A stretch of 64,000 nt of DNA. Origin: Planctomycetota bacterium (GTDB lineage: Bacteria; Planctomycetota; UBA8742; UBA2392). The stretch lies in NCBI GenBank assembly GCA_019912315.1, contig JAIOJA010000049.1:4448-68447 (forward strand). Reading direction: 5' to 3'. The first letter of the stretch is position 1. Each line of letters begins with the position of its first letter. Below, one piece after another: positions 22,692 to 32,841 of the stretch. The position numbers were made by a program, and so were the translations under genes. The notes below the pieces were generated by a model. It made no database searches. It worked only from the letters and a program-made list of their open reading frames with translations, and was not told the origin of the DNA.

Positions 22692-25370
22692 ATGACGCTT
22701 AACTTCTCCGCCAAGGACACACCCCTCCGCGACGACGTCCGCAAACTCGGCGCCCTCGTCGGCGATATGCTGCGCGAGCAGGAAGGCGAGGAGTTCTACA
22801 AGTTCGTCGAAGCCACCAGACAGGCCGCAGTAGCAGCACGTGGCGAGGGCGAGGACATACTTGAGGACACGATCCGTGGCGTCCCAGGTGTCCAGCGCGA
22901 AACGCTGGTGCGCGCCTTCAGCGCTTACTTCAGCGCAATCAACATGGGCGAGCAGATCCACCGCCTGCGCCGACGCCGCGAGTACGAACGCAAAGGCCCC
23001 CAACCCAACGGCCCCAAGCATGTTTTGGACCAGCTAAAACGCGACGGTTATGACGGCGAGCAGGTTGAAGCCGCCTTCGGTAAACTCGTGATCGAGCCGG
23101 TGTTCACCGCACACCCCACGGAGGCCGTGCGCCGCACGCTGTTGACCAAACAGCAGCGAATCGCACGCGCACTGGTGGATCGCATCGAGGCCCACGCCGT
23201 AACACCCGTGGAAGAGGAGCGCGCCTGGTCCCGAGTACGCGAAGAAGTCACGACGGCGTGGCAAACCGGCGAGCATCTCGAACGCAGCCCGACGCTGAGT
23301 GACGAAGTCGAGCACGTGCTGTTCTATCTGCGCGCGGTGATCTACCGGATCATTCCCCCACTGATTGAGAGCTTCGAGGAAGCATTCGAGCTGACTTTCG
23401 GCCGCAAGCCGGAGCTGCGCCCCTGGCTGCGCTTCGGTACCTGGGTCGGCGGCGACATGGACGGCAACCCGAACGTCAACGCCGATACGATCCGCGCGAC
23501 CTTGACACGTCAACGGGATGCGATTCTGGACATCTATCGCCACGAAACGCACGGGCTGATCGAATACCTGAGCCAGACCGAAGCTCAGGCCGGATTCAGC
23601 GACGAGCTGCGCACGCTGATTAGCAAGCGTGTCGGCGAATTCCCGAAGACCGTCGACACCATTCCGGATCGCCACCGCGAGATGCCCTACCGCGTGCTGC
23701 TCTATTGCATGGTCGAGAAGTTAAAAGCCACCTATCGCAACGACCGCCCGCGCTATCGTGGTCCGGACGAATTGCGCAATGACCTGCGCACGATCGCCCA
23801 AAGCCTGCACATCAACAAAGGCGACAACGCCGGGCTGCACCACGTGCGCCGTCTGACCCGCCGTGTTGAATGCTTCGGCTTCCACTTCGCCACCCTCGAT
23901 ACCCGCCAGGACAGCGAGGTCCACCGTAAGGTTTGTGGCGAACTGCTGGACAGCGAAGAGTTCGCCGGTTCCACAGGGCAGCAACGCGCCGAAGCACTGA
24001 TGGCCGGTTGGTCCCAACCCGTTGCCCGCAGCGATGACCCGGAAGTCGAGCGTTCGCTTGATGTATTCCGCGCGCTCAAGGACATGCAGCGCGAGTACGG
24101 CCCGCCTTCAGTCGGTCCCTACATCATCAGTATGGCCCAAGGGCCCGACGATGTGCTTGCCGTCCTGTACCTCGCCCGCACGGCCGGTTTTATCGAAGAC
24201 GGAGGCGTTCCGCTTGATGTCGCCCCGCTGTTCGAAACCGTTGACGACTTGCAAAGCGCCGCCGCGACTCTCAAGACCATGCTGAGCGATAAGCTGTACC
24301 GCGAGCACTTGAAGTCCCGCGGTGATGTTCAGTATGTGATGCTGGGGTACTCAGACAGCGGAAAAGACTCCGGCATTGCTTCCGCGCGCTGGGCTTTGTT
24401 CAGGGCGCAGGAAGAACTCGTGCAGGCAGCGGACGAAGCCGGTGTGAAGCTGGTGCTGTTTCATGGCCGCGGCGGAACGGTCAGCCGCGGCGGCACCAAA
24501 GTAACCGAGGCCATTCCCGCCCAGCCGCCCGGCAGTGTGCGCTCGCACCTGCGCGTCACTGAGCAGGGCGAGATCATCCACGCTCGCTACGGGCTGCGCG
24601 GCATTGCCCAGCGCACTTTGGAAGTCACTACAGGCGCTGTGCTGAACTTCAGCCTGCGCGAGGACGCGCTGCCAAAGCCCGACCCGAAATGGTGCGCGAT
24701 CATGGACGGCATCGCGAGTGCCAGCCGTGAAGCCTACCGCAATCTCGTCCACCACGACCCGCGTCTATTTCAGTACTACACCCTCGCGACACCGCTCGAT
24801 GTCATCACCCGCATGAGAATCGGCTCGCGCCCGGCCTCACGCCGCCAGCAGCGCGGGATTCAGGACCTGCGCGCTATTCCATGGGTGTTCGCCTGGACGC
24901 AGGCCCGGCACATCCTGCCCGGCTGGTACGGCGTAGGCGCCGGTTTAAGACAGGCAATCGATGACCACGGCATTGAGTCCATCCGCAATGCCGCACGCGA
25001 CTGGCCGCTGCTGCGCACAATGCTGAGCGACGTCGAGATGGTGATGGCCAAAGCCGACATGAACATCGCGGCCCGCTACGCAGAGCTAGCCGGCGACGTC
25101 GGCGAGAAGTTGTTCCCGGAACTTCGCGCGGCGTTCGATCAGACGGGTGATCTGATCTGCGAAGTCAAAGAGATCAAGCAGCTGCTCGACAACGAGCCAT
25201 GGCTCGCCCGCTCCATCGCGTTGCGCAACCCCTACATCGACCCAATGAGCCTGTTGCAGATCAGGATGCTCAAAGAATGGCGCGCCGGAAACCGCGAAGA
25301 CAAGCAGCTTGAGAAATCGCTGCTGACAACCGTCAAAGGCATCGCCCGCGGCCTGATGAACACCGGCTAA
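22692..25370 (+). CDS. ppc: Phosphoenolpyruvate carboxylase
   Basis: The ATG at 22692 gives MTLNFSAKDTPLRDDVRKLG. Signature blocks are VFTAHPTE, GYSDSGKDSG and FHGRGGTVSRGG, with a C-terminal ...GLMNTG. The ORF-track start at 22404 would overlap the tRNA and is rejected. Confidence 0.95.
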   Translation: MTLNFSAKDTPLRDDVRKLGALVGDMLREQEGEEFYKFVEATRQAAVAARGEGEDILEDTIRGVPGVQRETLVRAFSAYFSAINMGEQIHRLRRRREYERKGPQPNGPKHVLDQLKRDGYDGEQVEAAFGKLVIEPVFTAHPTEAVRRTLLTKQQRIARALVDRIEAHAVTPVEEERAWSRVREEVTTAWQTGEHLERSPTLSDEVEHVLFYLRAVIYRIIPPLIESFEEAFELTFGRKPELRPWLRFGTWVGGDMDGNPNVNADTIRATLTRQRDAILDIYRHETHGLIEYLSQTEAQAGFSDELRTLISKRVGEFPKTVDTIPDRHREMPYRVLLYCMVEKLKATYRNDRPRYRGPDELRNDLRTIAQSLHINKGDNAGLHHVRRLTRRVECFGFHFATLDTRQDSEVHRKVCGELLDSEEFAGSTGQQRAEALMAGWSQPVARSDDPEVERSLDVFRALKDMQREYGPPSVGPYIISMAQGPDDVLAVLYLARTAGFIEDGGVPLDVAPLFETVDDLQSAAATLKTMLSDKLYREHLKSRGDVQYVMLGYSDSGKDSGIASARWALFRAQEELVQAADEAGVKLVLFHGRGGTVSRGGTKVTEAIPAQPPGSVRSHLRVTEQGEIIHARYGLRGIAQRTLEVTTGAVLNFSLREDALPKPDPKWCAIMDGIASASREAYRNLVHHDPRLFQYYTLATPLDVITRMRIGSRPASRRQQRGIQDLRAIPWVFAWTQARHILPGWYGVGAGLRQAIDDHGIESIRNAARDWPLLRTMLSDVEMVMAKADMNIAARYAELAGDVGEKLFPELRAAFDQTGDLICEVKEIKQLLDNEPWLARSIALRNPYIDPMSLLQIRMLKEWRAGNREDKQLEKSLLTTVKGIARGLMNTG

Positions 25371-27274
25371 CTGTTCACGCGCGAAAGCTTCAGCCCCCGT
25401 GAGATGCGGTCGATTACGACGGTCAGCAGGATCATCACGATCAGGTATACGCTGGCCTTCTGGTGCTTGAACATCTCGAACTGGAACGTGAAGAAGAACC
25501 CGAGTCCGCCGACGCCTACGATGCCCAGCACGACGCCGGTTCTCACATTGCTTTCGAACTGGAAGAAGCTGTACGTCAGCCAGTCCTTCCAGGACATCGG
25601 CCCGGCAGTGTAGGCGAAGCAGGTCATGCGCGAGCCGCGGAAAGTCTGCTCGAAATTCCGGTACGGCACGTTATCCACGGTTTCACTGAACACCCGCACC
25701 AGCACACCCATGCTGTGCAACGCAATCGCGATCGCCCCAGCCAGCAGCCCGGGCCCAAAAAAGGCAATGAAAAGGAAAGCCCACATCACTTCCGGCACGC
25801 CCCGCGATATTAGCCCGAGTCCGCGCGCAATCGCCATCTGCACGAGCCGCAGGGCCCGGATTGCCGGGTGCGGAGCCTCGCCCGTGAACTGCTGACTCTC
25901 AAGCTGGAACGCCAGCGAGTGTGGATAGGTCAGCGCCATCGCGCCAAGCACACCAAGCAGCGTGCCGATGATCGCCATCGCCAGGGGCACGCTCGCGGAT
26001 TTCACCGCCCGCCAGACGAACCAGCTCTGCAACGACTTCTCCCAGGACTCCCAGGCCGCGGGACGCCAGAAGTCATACCAGGAGTAATCTTCGTCAAACT
26101 GGACATTGGTGCCCATGTCCTCATAGATCGCGCGCTTTTTCGGGTCGCCGTAGCCGATGCTTTCTAGATCGAAGTCCGGATCGAGCAGGTCCTCGAAGAA
26201 CTTGATCTTTTCGCGCTCCTCGGAGTCCGCGAGATTTGCCAGCGGTTCCAGGTAGTTCTTCGCTTCGCCGTCAGGGCCGCCACTGTTTCCCCACCCCATG
26301 AACCAGACACACCACATCACGACCAGCATCGCGAATCCGACACCAACGTACGCGCGCGAAAGACTGGCGAGCGTGCTGCGCGCCCTGATGGCACGGGGGT
26401 GGTTCGGGTCACTGCGAAGCTGGCGCCGGATGAAGTTGCTTGCGAGATCGGCGCTGAAAGTGAGCGCAAGCGTGAACAGAATCAGCGTGCTGGTCTTGTC
26501 CCATTGGCCCATACCGATCTGGTACATGATCTCGGCGCCGAGCCCGCCACCGCCCACGGCGCCGATCACGGCCGCATTGCGGATCGCGCACTCGGCACGC
26601 ATGAGCGTAAACGACTGTACGCTGCGCGAAGCTAGCGGACGAATGCCATACAGGAACGTCTTGATGCGCCCGCCGCCAAGCGAGCGAATCTGCTCGTACT
26701 CTTTCGGGTCAACGCTGTCCCAGAATTCGCTGTAGACCTTGCCCAGAATACCCGTGACGTTAAGCCCCAAGGCGACGGCACCGGTCACGGGACCCAGGCC
26801 GAGAACTGCCACGAGAATGATCGCCCAGGCGAAATCCGGCACCGCGCGCAGGATGTCCAGTGTCCAGCGGCATGCGGAACAGACAACGTGGAATGGCAGA
26901 CGCAACAGGCGGGAAACCCATCCAGTGGCTGGCTCCAGGCCGACCATTACGGACTTGGCCGCGCCCATTGCCAGCAGGTAGGCGAATATGACCGCCATGA
27001 AGGTCGCCATGACGGCGGCGCTCAGGGTCTCTTTGGTAAGCTCCCAGCAGCGCTCAACCCAGTCGCCGGTTAGGTCGGGGCTGGAAAACGAGACGAACAG
27101 ATCCCATGCACGATCCAGCGCACGGTCGCGCTTGTCAGGCTCCGTGAGCGCACTGAAGTCCCACTCGACCGCCCAGAACGAGCCAAGCACCAGCAGCGCA
27201 ATCACGACGAACGCGACAAAGTGTCCCCAAGGACGCTTTGCGGCATAGCGGTCAATGCCTGGTGTGTTGGTCAT
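25367..27274 (-). CDS. phnE: Phosphonate-type ABC transporter permease (fused double PhnE-like)
   Basis: 635-aa polytopic membrane protein with two permease halves. Its start overlaps the phnC stop by 4 nt. It is the third gene after the PhnD-like binding protein and the ATPase. Confidence 0.75.
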   Translation of the reverse strand: MTNTPGIDRYAAKRPWGHFVAFVVIALLVLGSFWAVEWDFSALTEPDKRDRALDRAWDLFVSFSSPDLTGDWVERCWELTKETLSAAVMATFMAVIFAYLLAMGAAKSVMVGLEPATGWVSRLLRLPFHVVCSACRWTLDILRAVPDFAWAIILVAVLGLGPVTGAVALGLNVTGILGKVYSEFWDSVDPKEYEQIRSLGGGRIKTFLYGIRPLASRSVQSFTLMRAECAIRNAAVIGAVGGGGLGAEIMYQIGMGQWDKTSTLILFTLALTFSADLASNFIRRQLRSDPNHPRAIRARSTLASLSRAYVGVGFAMLVVMWCVWFMGWGNSGGPDGEAKNYLEPLANLADSEEREKIKFFEDLLDPDFDLESIGYGDPKKRAIYEDMGTNVQFDEDYSWYDFWRPAAWESWEKSLQSWFVWRAVKSASVPLAMAIIGTLLGVLGAMALTYPHSLAFQLESQQFTGEAPHPAIRALRLVQMAIARGLGLISRGVPEVMWAFLFIAFFGPGLLAGAIAIALHSMGVLVRVFSETVDNVPYRNFEQTFRGSRMTCFAYTAGPMSWKDWLTYSFFQFESNVRTGVVLGIVGVGGLGFFFTFQFEMFKHQKASVYLIVMILLTVVIDRISRGLKLSRVNS

Positions 27275-28101
27275 GCATCAAGCTCAACTTCATCGAGGTG
27301 CATGGCGCGGTACTCTGCGCCGTAGAGATCTTTCAGCATCTCGCGAGTGATTTCCCGCGGCGTCCCCTGCCAGAAGACGGCGCCCTCGCGCAGGGCGATC
27401 ACCCGCGAAAAATGCCCCTGCAGCAGCTCCAGCGTATGCAGATTCACCATGAGTGTGGTGTTCATGCGGCGCGCGACGCCCGACAGCAGTTCAATGATCT
27501 CGCGACCCAGGCGGATATCGAGCTGGCTGACAGGCTCATCGGCCAGCATCACGCGCGGCTGCTGCACCATCAGGCGTGCAATTGCCACGCGCTGCTGCTG
27601 GCCGCCTGATAGCTCGCCCGGCATGGACCACAGCTTTTCCTGCAACTCCACTTCGCCGAGGGCCTTCTTTGCCGCGTTCAAATCCTGTGGCCAGAACAGG
27701 CTCAGCAGGGCGCGCGGCAGAATCCAGCGCCCCAGCTTGCCCATCAATACGTTGTGTACGACTCGCAGGTGCTGGATCAAGTTGTCGTTCTGGTAAAGAA
27801 TGCCGATGTCGCTTCGCAGCCGGCGCAAGACGCGTCCGCGCAGGGTGCGGGTGTCGTGACCGAAAGCAGTCACGACGCCGCTTGTCGGTTTGATCACCGC
27901 GGCGAGCATGCGGAAGAGAGTCGTCTTGCCCGCGCCGGAAGGCCCTATGACGGCTATGCGTTCACCCTCGAGTACGCCGAAATTCAGATTCTTAAGCGCG
28001 TCAACACGGCCGAAACTCATGGACGCATCGGAAAGCTTGAAGATCGCCGCCCCCTCAGGCGCGGTCGAAGTGGATGTTTCGGTTTGGGTCACTGTTTCCA
28101 T
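27271..28101 (-). CDS. phnC: Phosphonate-type ABC transporter ATP-binding protein
   Basis: The ATG at 28101 gives METVTQTE. Walker A is GPSGAGKTT, the ABC signature is LSGGQQQRVAIAR, and Walker B is MLADEP. The ORF-track start at 28209 overlaps phnD. Confidence 0.8.
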   Translation of the reverse strand: METVTQTETSTSTAPEGAAIFKLSDASMSFGRVDALKNLNFGVLEGERIAVIGPSGAGKTTLFRMLAAVIKPTSGVVTAFGHDTRTLRGRVLRRLRSDIGILYQNDNLIQHLRVVHNVLMGKLGRWILPRALLSLFWPQDLNAAKKALGEVELQEKLWSMPGELSGGQQQRVAIARLMVQQPRVMLADEPVSQLDIRLGREIIELLSGVARRMNTTLMVNLHTLELLQGHFSRVIALREGAVFWQGTPREITREMLKDLYGAEYRAMHLDEVELDA

Positions 28102-28157
28102 AGCTGTGTTGATAAATCGGGGGCGGCAAGTTCGCCGCCCCCGATGTTTTGCACTGC

Positions 28158-29105
28158 TTAGCCGCCGATGTCGACGCCAGATTCCATGACGGCCTTGATG
28201 CCGTCCCATTCGCTCATTTCAGCCTTCACCAGCTTCTCTGCTTTCATGAAGCCAAGAATCTTCTTGCCCTCATCGCTGCTCTTGTCGAGGGAGGTAAGCG
28301 CATCACGAATCTTGCCGATCAGTTCATCGCCGAGGTCCTTGCGCGCGACAAAGCTGTAATCAACGTAGGTCGGAGTGGTGTAGATGATCGGGGCCTTGTC
28401 CTTCAGCTCCTGTGAGGCCTTGTCGTAGGTGGCGTAGTTCAGCGCACCAGCAACGTGCGTCCCGTTGGCGACTTGCTCAAGAGTGAGATCATGGCTGCCG
28501 CTGTAGGAAACGCTGCCGAACACATCTTCGGGGTTCTTGCCCGACTGCTTCTTGAAGTAGTAGCGCGGCATCAGGTGCCCGCTCGTGCTGCCCTTGCTGC
28601 CGAAGGTGAAGCTGGCGCCTTCGCCCTTTTCAGCCATCATCTTCAGGTCGTCGACCTTGCGGACGCCAGCTTCGGCGTTGCCAATGAAGTAGGTCTTGAA
28701 CTTCTTGTCAATGTCGCGGCAGCACACAACAACCGCGCCGCCTTCGGTCTTCTGGTCGGCCTGCACGGTGGTCACGCCGCCCATCCACGACATGTGGGCC
28801 TGGCCGTTGGCGAGTGCGGTCACGGACGCCGCGTAGTTCTCAACGTGCATGTACTCAACCGGGATGCCGATCTTACCCTCAAGGTACTTGGCGATGGCGC
28901 CGAAATGCTCCTTGAGCTTGTCGGCGTTGTCATCAGGGATTGCCGTGATGATAATCTTTGCGGGCGCGCCACCGCCGTTGCCGCCGCCGCCACCGGCCGT
29001 GTTGTCCGGAGTGTTGGCACCGTTTGTCGGCGTGTTGCCATTGCCGCAAGCCGCTACTGCAAACATGCCGGTAAAGGCGATGAGTAAACAAAGGAATCGT
29101 GTCAT
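28158..29105 (-). CDS. phnD: Phosphonate/phosphite-type ABC transporter substrate-binding lipoprotein
   Basis: The ATG at 29105 gives MTRFLCLLIAFTGMFAVAACGNG, a lipoprotein signal. The blocks ITAIPDDNADKLKEHFGAIAKYLEGKIGIPVEY...AASVTALANGQAHMSWMG resemble the PhnD family. Confidence 0.75.
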   Translation of the reverse strand: MTRFLCLLIAFTGMFAVAACGNGNTPTNGANTPDNTAGGGGGNGGGAPAKIIITAIPDDNADKLKEHFGAIAKYLEGKIGIPVEYMHVENYAASVTALANGQAHMSWMGGVTTVQADQKTEGGAVVVCCRDIDKKFKTYFIGNAEAGVRKVDDLKMMAEKGEGASFTFGSKGSTSGHLMPRYYFKKQSGKNPEDVFGSVSYSGSHDLTLEQVANGTHVAGALNYATYDKASQELKDKAPIIYTTPTYVDYSFVARKDLGDELIGKIRDALTSLDKSSDEGKKILGFMKAEKLVKAEMSEWDGIKAVMESGVDIGG

Positions 29106-29617
29106 TTCGCTCTCCAAAGTGCCTTGTGTATGGACGGATGCCCGCCCGCCTGGACGTATGTGGGGGTTTGATTGTTGGTTGGGTCTGCCCGTTAGCCCGG
29201 AACGCGTCGCGACGATCCCTTTCGGGTCGAGGCGGACGCTACCGACCGGCAGCGAATGTGTGCACTCAGCTGAAACCACTGCGGACCTCGCCCACGGGCG
29301 AAGCCAATGCGGCTCACGTGAAGCCGAAACGCGACACGGACCCGTCTAGCGGGCCGTTCAAGAAACACGTCGCATTCGTTCGATGTCGCACAAGTGTCAT
29401 CCTAGCCAAGGGATAGGTGGCGGCAAGCGCATTCGCCTTACGAAGTTGGCGCAGCCCTGACGAAACCCGCCCCCTGCGTGACAAAGCCGTGTCAAGGTTT
29501 TCGCGCCCCGATTATTGCCCTTGGGGGCGCTCAACTCTATGTTGGAGGCGCATTTACCCCCCTGAATTCTGCAGGCGCTTCCGAGGGCTCGATCCTTCGG
29601 GAATTCATGCGTCAGCA

Positions 29618-31051
29618 ATGGAGTCATCCATGTCGAGACAATCTCGCCGCGGGATGGTCGATCTGATCGTCATGATCGTCATGATCGTCTTCCTGCTGGG
29701 TATGGGGACGCTCGCGTTCATTACCTATGACAAGGCCGAAAAAGAGAAGCAGTACCTGTCGGCCCTGCGCGAAATCCCCGCCCGCCAAAGCGCCGAGCTA
29801 GATGCCGTCCGGGCCCGCTATGCCGAGGTTTCGAATTACATCGGCTTCAAGGGTGACGCGGCCTACAGCTCGCCGAAAGCAATCGAAACGCTGCTGAATG
29901 AGGGCAGTGAAGTAGTCGCAGACTACTATGAGGTAGCGGACGCAGCGGGATCGTCCACACCGCTGTCTGAAACGGAAGCGGGCAAGCAGATCAAGCTCAA
30001 GATCATCAACGACGCAGGTGAGGAAGAAGAAGTCACCATCGATGTCCGGCAGATCAAGGGCACCTCGCGCAACGCGGCCAAGCTGTATGAGGCTGCCGAC
30101 GTCAAGACGCTGCAGACGGCGCTCGGCAAGCAGGACGTGCTGATCGATGAGCTTGTCAAGAACCACATCCCGCGCATTTCCGGGCAGCGTACCTTCCAGT
30201 CCAAATACCGCAGCGACAAGGCCGCCAACAAGGGCACCGAATCGGAGCGCCTGTACGGTAACGTCGCGACCGCGATCGAAACAGCGAACGGCGAACTCGC
30301 GACGCAGCAGCAGGAAGTTGCCGACGCCGAGCAACGCCTCGCCGAGGCAATGAAGAAGGAAATTGAGACTTACAACAAGCTTGATTCAGACACAGTACGC
30401 GAGGCGCGCGAGGAGGCGTTTGACTCGGCCCGTGAAGCCGCCAAAGCCCGCCGGGAGGCACGCGAAGCCATGGAGGCCTACCGCATCCAGGCCGACAAGC
30501 GGCGTATTGACGACAGCCGCGACCCGGACGGGGCGGTGTTCCTGGTCGATCCGAAGTCCGGCTACGTCTGGATCAACATCGGGCAGAGCAGCGACGTGCG
30601 CAAGAACCAGACATTCCAGGTGCTGCGCGCCGACGCCAGCCGCTCAAGTGAACTGCCCATCGGCGAGATTCGTGTACAGGAAGTGCTGCGGGGAAACATC
30701 GCGCGCTGCCGCGTGGACGCCTTGGAAAACCCGGGCATCTACCCGCAGGCCGGCGACATCATCCGCAACCCCAACTTCAGCGACCGCCAGTACCACAGTT
30801 GGGCCTTGGTGGGCGAGTTCGGGGGCAGCTACACCAAGTTGACGCGGCAGCAACTGACGGACCTGCTGCGCAGCGTCGGCTTCCGTGTTACGAGTGAAAT
30901 CGACGCCACCACGGACGCGGTCGTCATCGGCGGCAACTGGGACAAAGACCCGTCATTCATTCGGGCCGAAGAACGCCGCCTGAATTTCGAAAAGTATCCT
31001 GAAGAAGAAGTGCTCTGGTTCCTGGGTCGCACAGGCCCCGAGAAGGACTAA
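29618..31051 (+). CDS. TM-anchored coiled-coil protein with a beta-barrel-like module and a BRCT-like C-terminus (paralog A)
   Basis: The ATG at 29618 (or 29630) gives MESSMSRQSRRGMVDLIVMIVMIVFLLGMGTLAFI, a TM helix. A long charged helical region follows. Then come NQTFQVLRAD...IGEIRVQEVL...AGDIIRN and a C-terminal LLRSVGFRVTSEIDATTDAVVIGG. Confidence 0.7.
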   Translation: MESSMSRQSRRGMVDLIVMIVMIVFLLGMGTLAFITYDKAEKEKQYLSALREIPARQSAELDAVRARYAEVSNYIGFKGDAAYSSPKAIETLLNEGSEVVADYYEVADAAGSSTPLSETEAGKQIKLKIINDAGEEEEVTIDVRQIKGTSRNAAKLYEAADVKTLQTALGKQDVLIDELVKNHIPRISGQRTFQSKYRSDKAANKGTESERLYGNVATAIETANGELATQQQEVADAEQRLAEAMKKEIETYNKLDSDTVREAREEAFDSAREAAKARREAREAMEAYRIQADKRRIDDSRDPDGAVFLVDPKSGYVWINIGQSSDVRKNQTFQVLRADASRSSELPIGEIRVQEVLRGNIARCRVDALENPGIYPQAGDIIRNPNFSDRQYHSWALVGEFGGSYTKLTRQQLTDLLRSVGFRVTSEIDATTDAVVIGGNWDKDPSFIRAEERRLNFEKYPEEEVLWFLGRTGPEKD

Positions 31052-31093
31052 CCGTTCGGACTTGAGCACGTCTTAATCACTAAGGAAGCTGTC

Positions 31094-32740
31094 ATGGCAC
31101 AAAAACAACAGGTCGCGGGCTGGTACTGGATCATCACGGCGATTCTCACGCCGTTTGTCCTGATCGCCACGCTGGTGTGGGCGTTCTACGCGCAGAAGGT
31201 CCAAAGCTATCGCGTCGAGGGCGCGGCGCTGGTCAACAAGCTCGAGAAGGACCGTGAACAGTTTGAGCCCATCCGCAGCCACATGCTCGATGTATCCGCA
31301 TGGGTCGGCTTCAAGATGGGCGACCCGACAGGCAAGGCCTCCGAGGTGCAGGCCCAGGTTTCGCGCCCCAGCGTCTTCCAGGGCGAAAACGAGCGCAACG
31401 CACCCGCGGAAAACCAGAGCCCGCTGCTGCGCGCCTACCTTGACGCGGAATCACGCTACTACGGCGCCACGGACGGCGACACCGGCTACGTACATGACTA
31501 CATCGCCGCGCGCGAATGGCTGAACGACTTTGAGAACAGGCTGAAGGGCTACGTCGCTTTCAAGGGCTTCCAGTACTACACCGTCCGCACCATCGAATTT
31601 GCCGGTGGCGAAGGCGCCGTATTAACGGAAGGCGACCTGCGTCGCCCCATCGACAAGGAAAACCCCGACCTGCCCGCGCCGGAAGCGGCTGTCGCCGACG
31701 CCCGCGGCAAATGGGCTGGCGGCGCCAAGCCCAGCGACAGCATGATGCAGGAGCCGACTCGCATTACGCTTGAGCTGATCTTCCGCAAACAGACCCAGCT
31801 CCTGCGCGATCTCGTCAGCGCCAACCTGCACCAGTACAACCTGCTGTATTCGGACGTCGCGGGAAACGTGAAGGTACTCGACGAAAACGGTCGCGAGATC
31901 GATGTCGTCACCGGCTACAAGGGTGAGGACGCCAGCCTGAAGTTCATCACCGATGAGCTGGCCAAGATCTCTCGCAGCATCGAAGACAACAAGCAGTCCG
32001 GGCTGCGCGAGCTTCAGGAGGCCGAGGACGTCGCCGGCGAAGCTGACGGCGCCACCAGCAGCCGCGGCAACACCCTGCAGTTCATGTACGTCGCGGCCGA
32101 GGGGCGTATTGAAGTGCTTCAGAACGAGTTCCAGAACGCCAAAGTCACCCACGAGGGCGACGCCCAGAAGTTCGAAGACCTGATCCGCAACCTGCCGCGG
32201 CTGAAGATCCCGGTGAAGCTTGAGAAGAGCGACCCGGACGGAGAAATCAGCTACAGCGACTACGGCCGCGGCATCACGCACATCAACCTGGGACACGCGG
32301 ACGGCGTGCGCGCCGGACAGCGATTTGAGGTCTGGCGTCTGCACGGCTTCGAAAAGGACGAGTTCGTGGGAGTGGTCGAGATTGTCCGCGCCCTGTCGCC
32401 GCATTTCAGCCTGTGCACAGTGTTGAGCCTGACCAACGACGATGACCCGATTCGCAAGGGCGACAAGATTGTCAGCCAGCTATGGCACGACGGCAAATTC
32501 CTGTCGATTGCGCTGCACGGCAGCTATGAGCCGCCGAACGAGGCTTACACCAAGGAACGCCTGGCAGAAATGCTGCGCCTGGCGGGTGTGAAAGTCGTCG
32601 ACAAGGTACAACCCGGTACGGATGTAGTGATCCTCGGCAGCAACCTGCTGGGCGACGAGTGGTACCGCCGCGCCCGAAGCGACTTGCGCTTTGAAACCAT
32701 GCGTGAGGACGACGTCAGGCTGTACGTCGATCCCAGATAG
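31094..32740 (+). CDS. TM-anchored coiled-coil protein with a beta-barrel-like module and a BRCT-like C-terminus (paralog B)
   Basis: The TM helix is WYWIITAILTPFVLIATLVWAF. The architecture matches 29618..31051: GQRFEVWRL...VGVVEIVRAL...KGDKIVS, then MLRLAGVKVVDKVQPGTDVVILGS. Confidence 0.7.
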   Translation: MAQKQQVAGWYWIITAILTPFVLIATLVWAFYAQKVQSYRVEGAALVNKLEKDREQFEPIRSHMLDVSAWVGFKMGDPTGKASEVQAQVSRPSVFQGENERNAPAENQSPLLRAYLDAESRYYGATDGDTGYVHDYIAAREWLNDFENRLKGYVAFKGFQYYTVRTIEFAGGEGAVLTEGDLRRPIDKENPDLPAPEAAVADARGKWAGGAKPSDSMMQEPTRITLELIFRKQTQLLRDLVSANLHQYNLLYSDVAGNVKVLDENGREIDVVTGYKGEDASLKFITDELAKISRSIEDNKQSGLRELQEAEDVAGEADGATSSRGNTLQFMYVAAEGRIEVLQNEFQNAKVTHEGDAQKFEDLIRNLPRLKIPVKLEKSDPDGEISYSDYGRGITHINLGHADGVRAGQRFEVWRLHGFEKDEFVGVVEIVRALSPHFSLCTVLSLTNDDDPIRKGDKIVSQLWHDGKFLSIALHGSYEPPNEAYTKERLAEMLRLAGVKVVDKVQPGTDVVILGSNLLGDEWYRRARSDLRFETMREDDVRLYVDPR

Positions 32741-32755
32741 CCGCCCAAAAGCTTG

Positions 32756-32797
32756 AACCGGTCGCGCGAAATTCGCGCGACCGGTTTGTTTTGCACT
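32756..32797 (+). terminator. Rho-independent terminator after paralog B
   Basis: The perfect palindrome CCGGTCGCGCGAA-A-TTCGCGCGACCGG is followed by TTTGTTTTG. It starts 16 nt after the stop codon. Confidence 0.75.
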
Positions 32798-32841
32798 GGC
32801 GGCGGGCTCTGTACTGCCTGTGAAACCCGCGTACGATAAGG

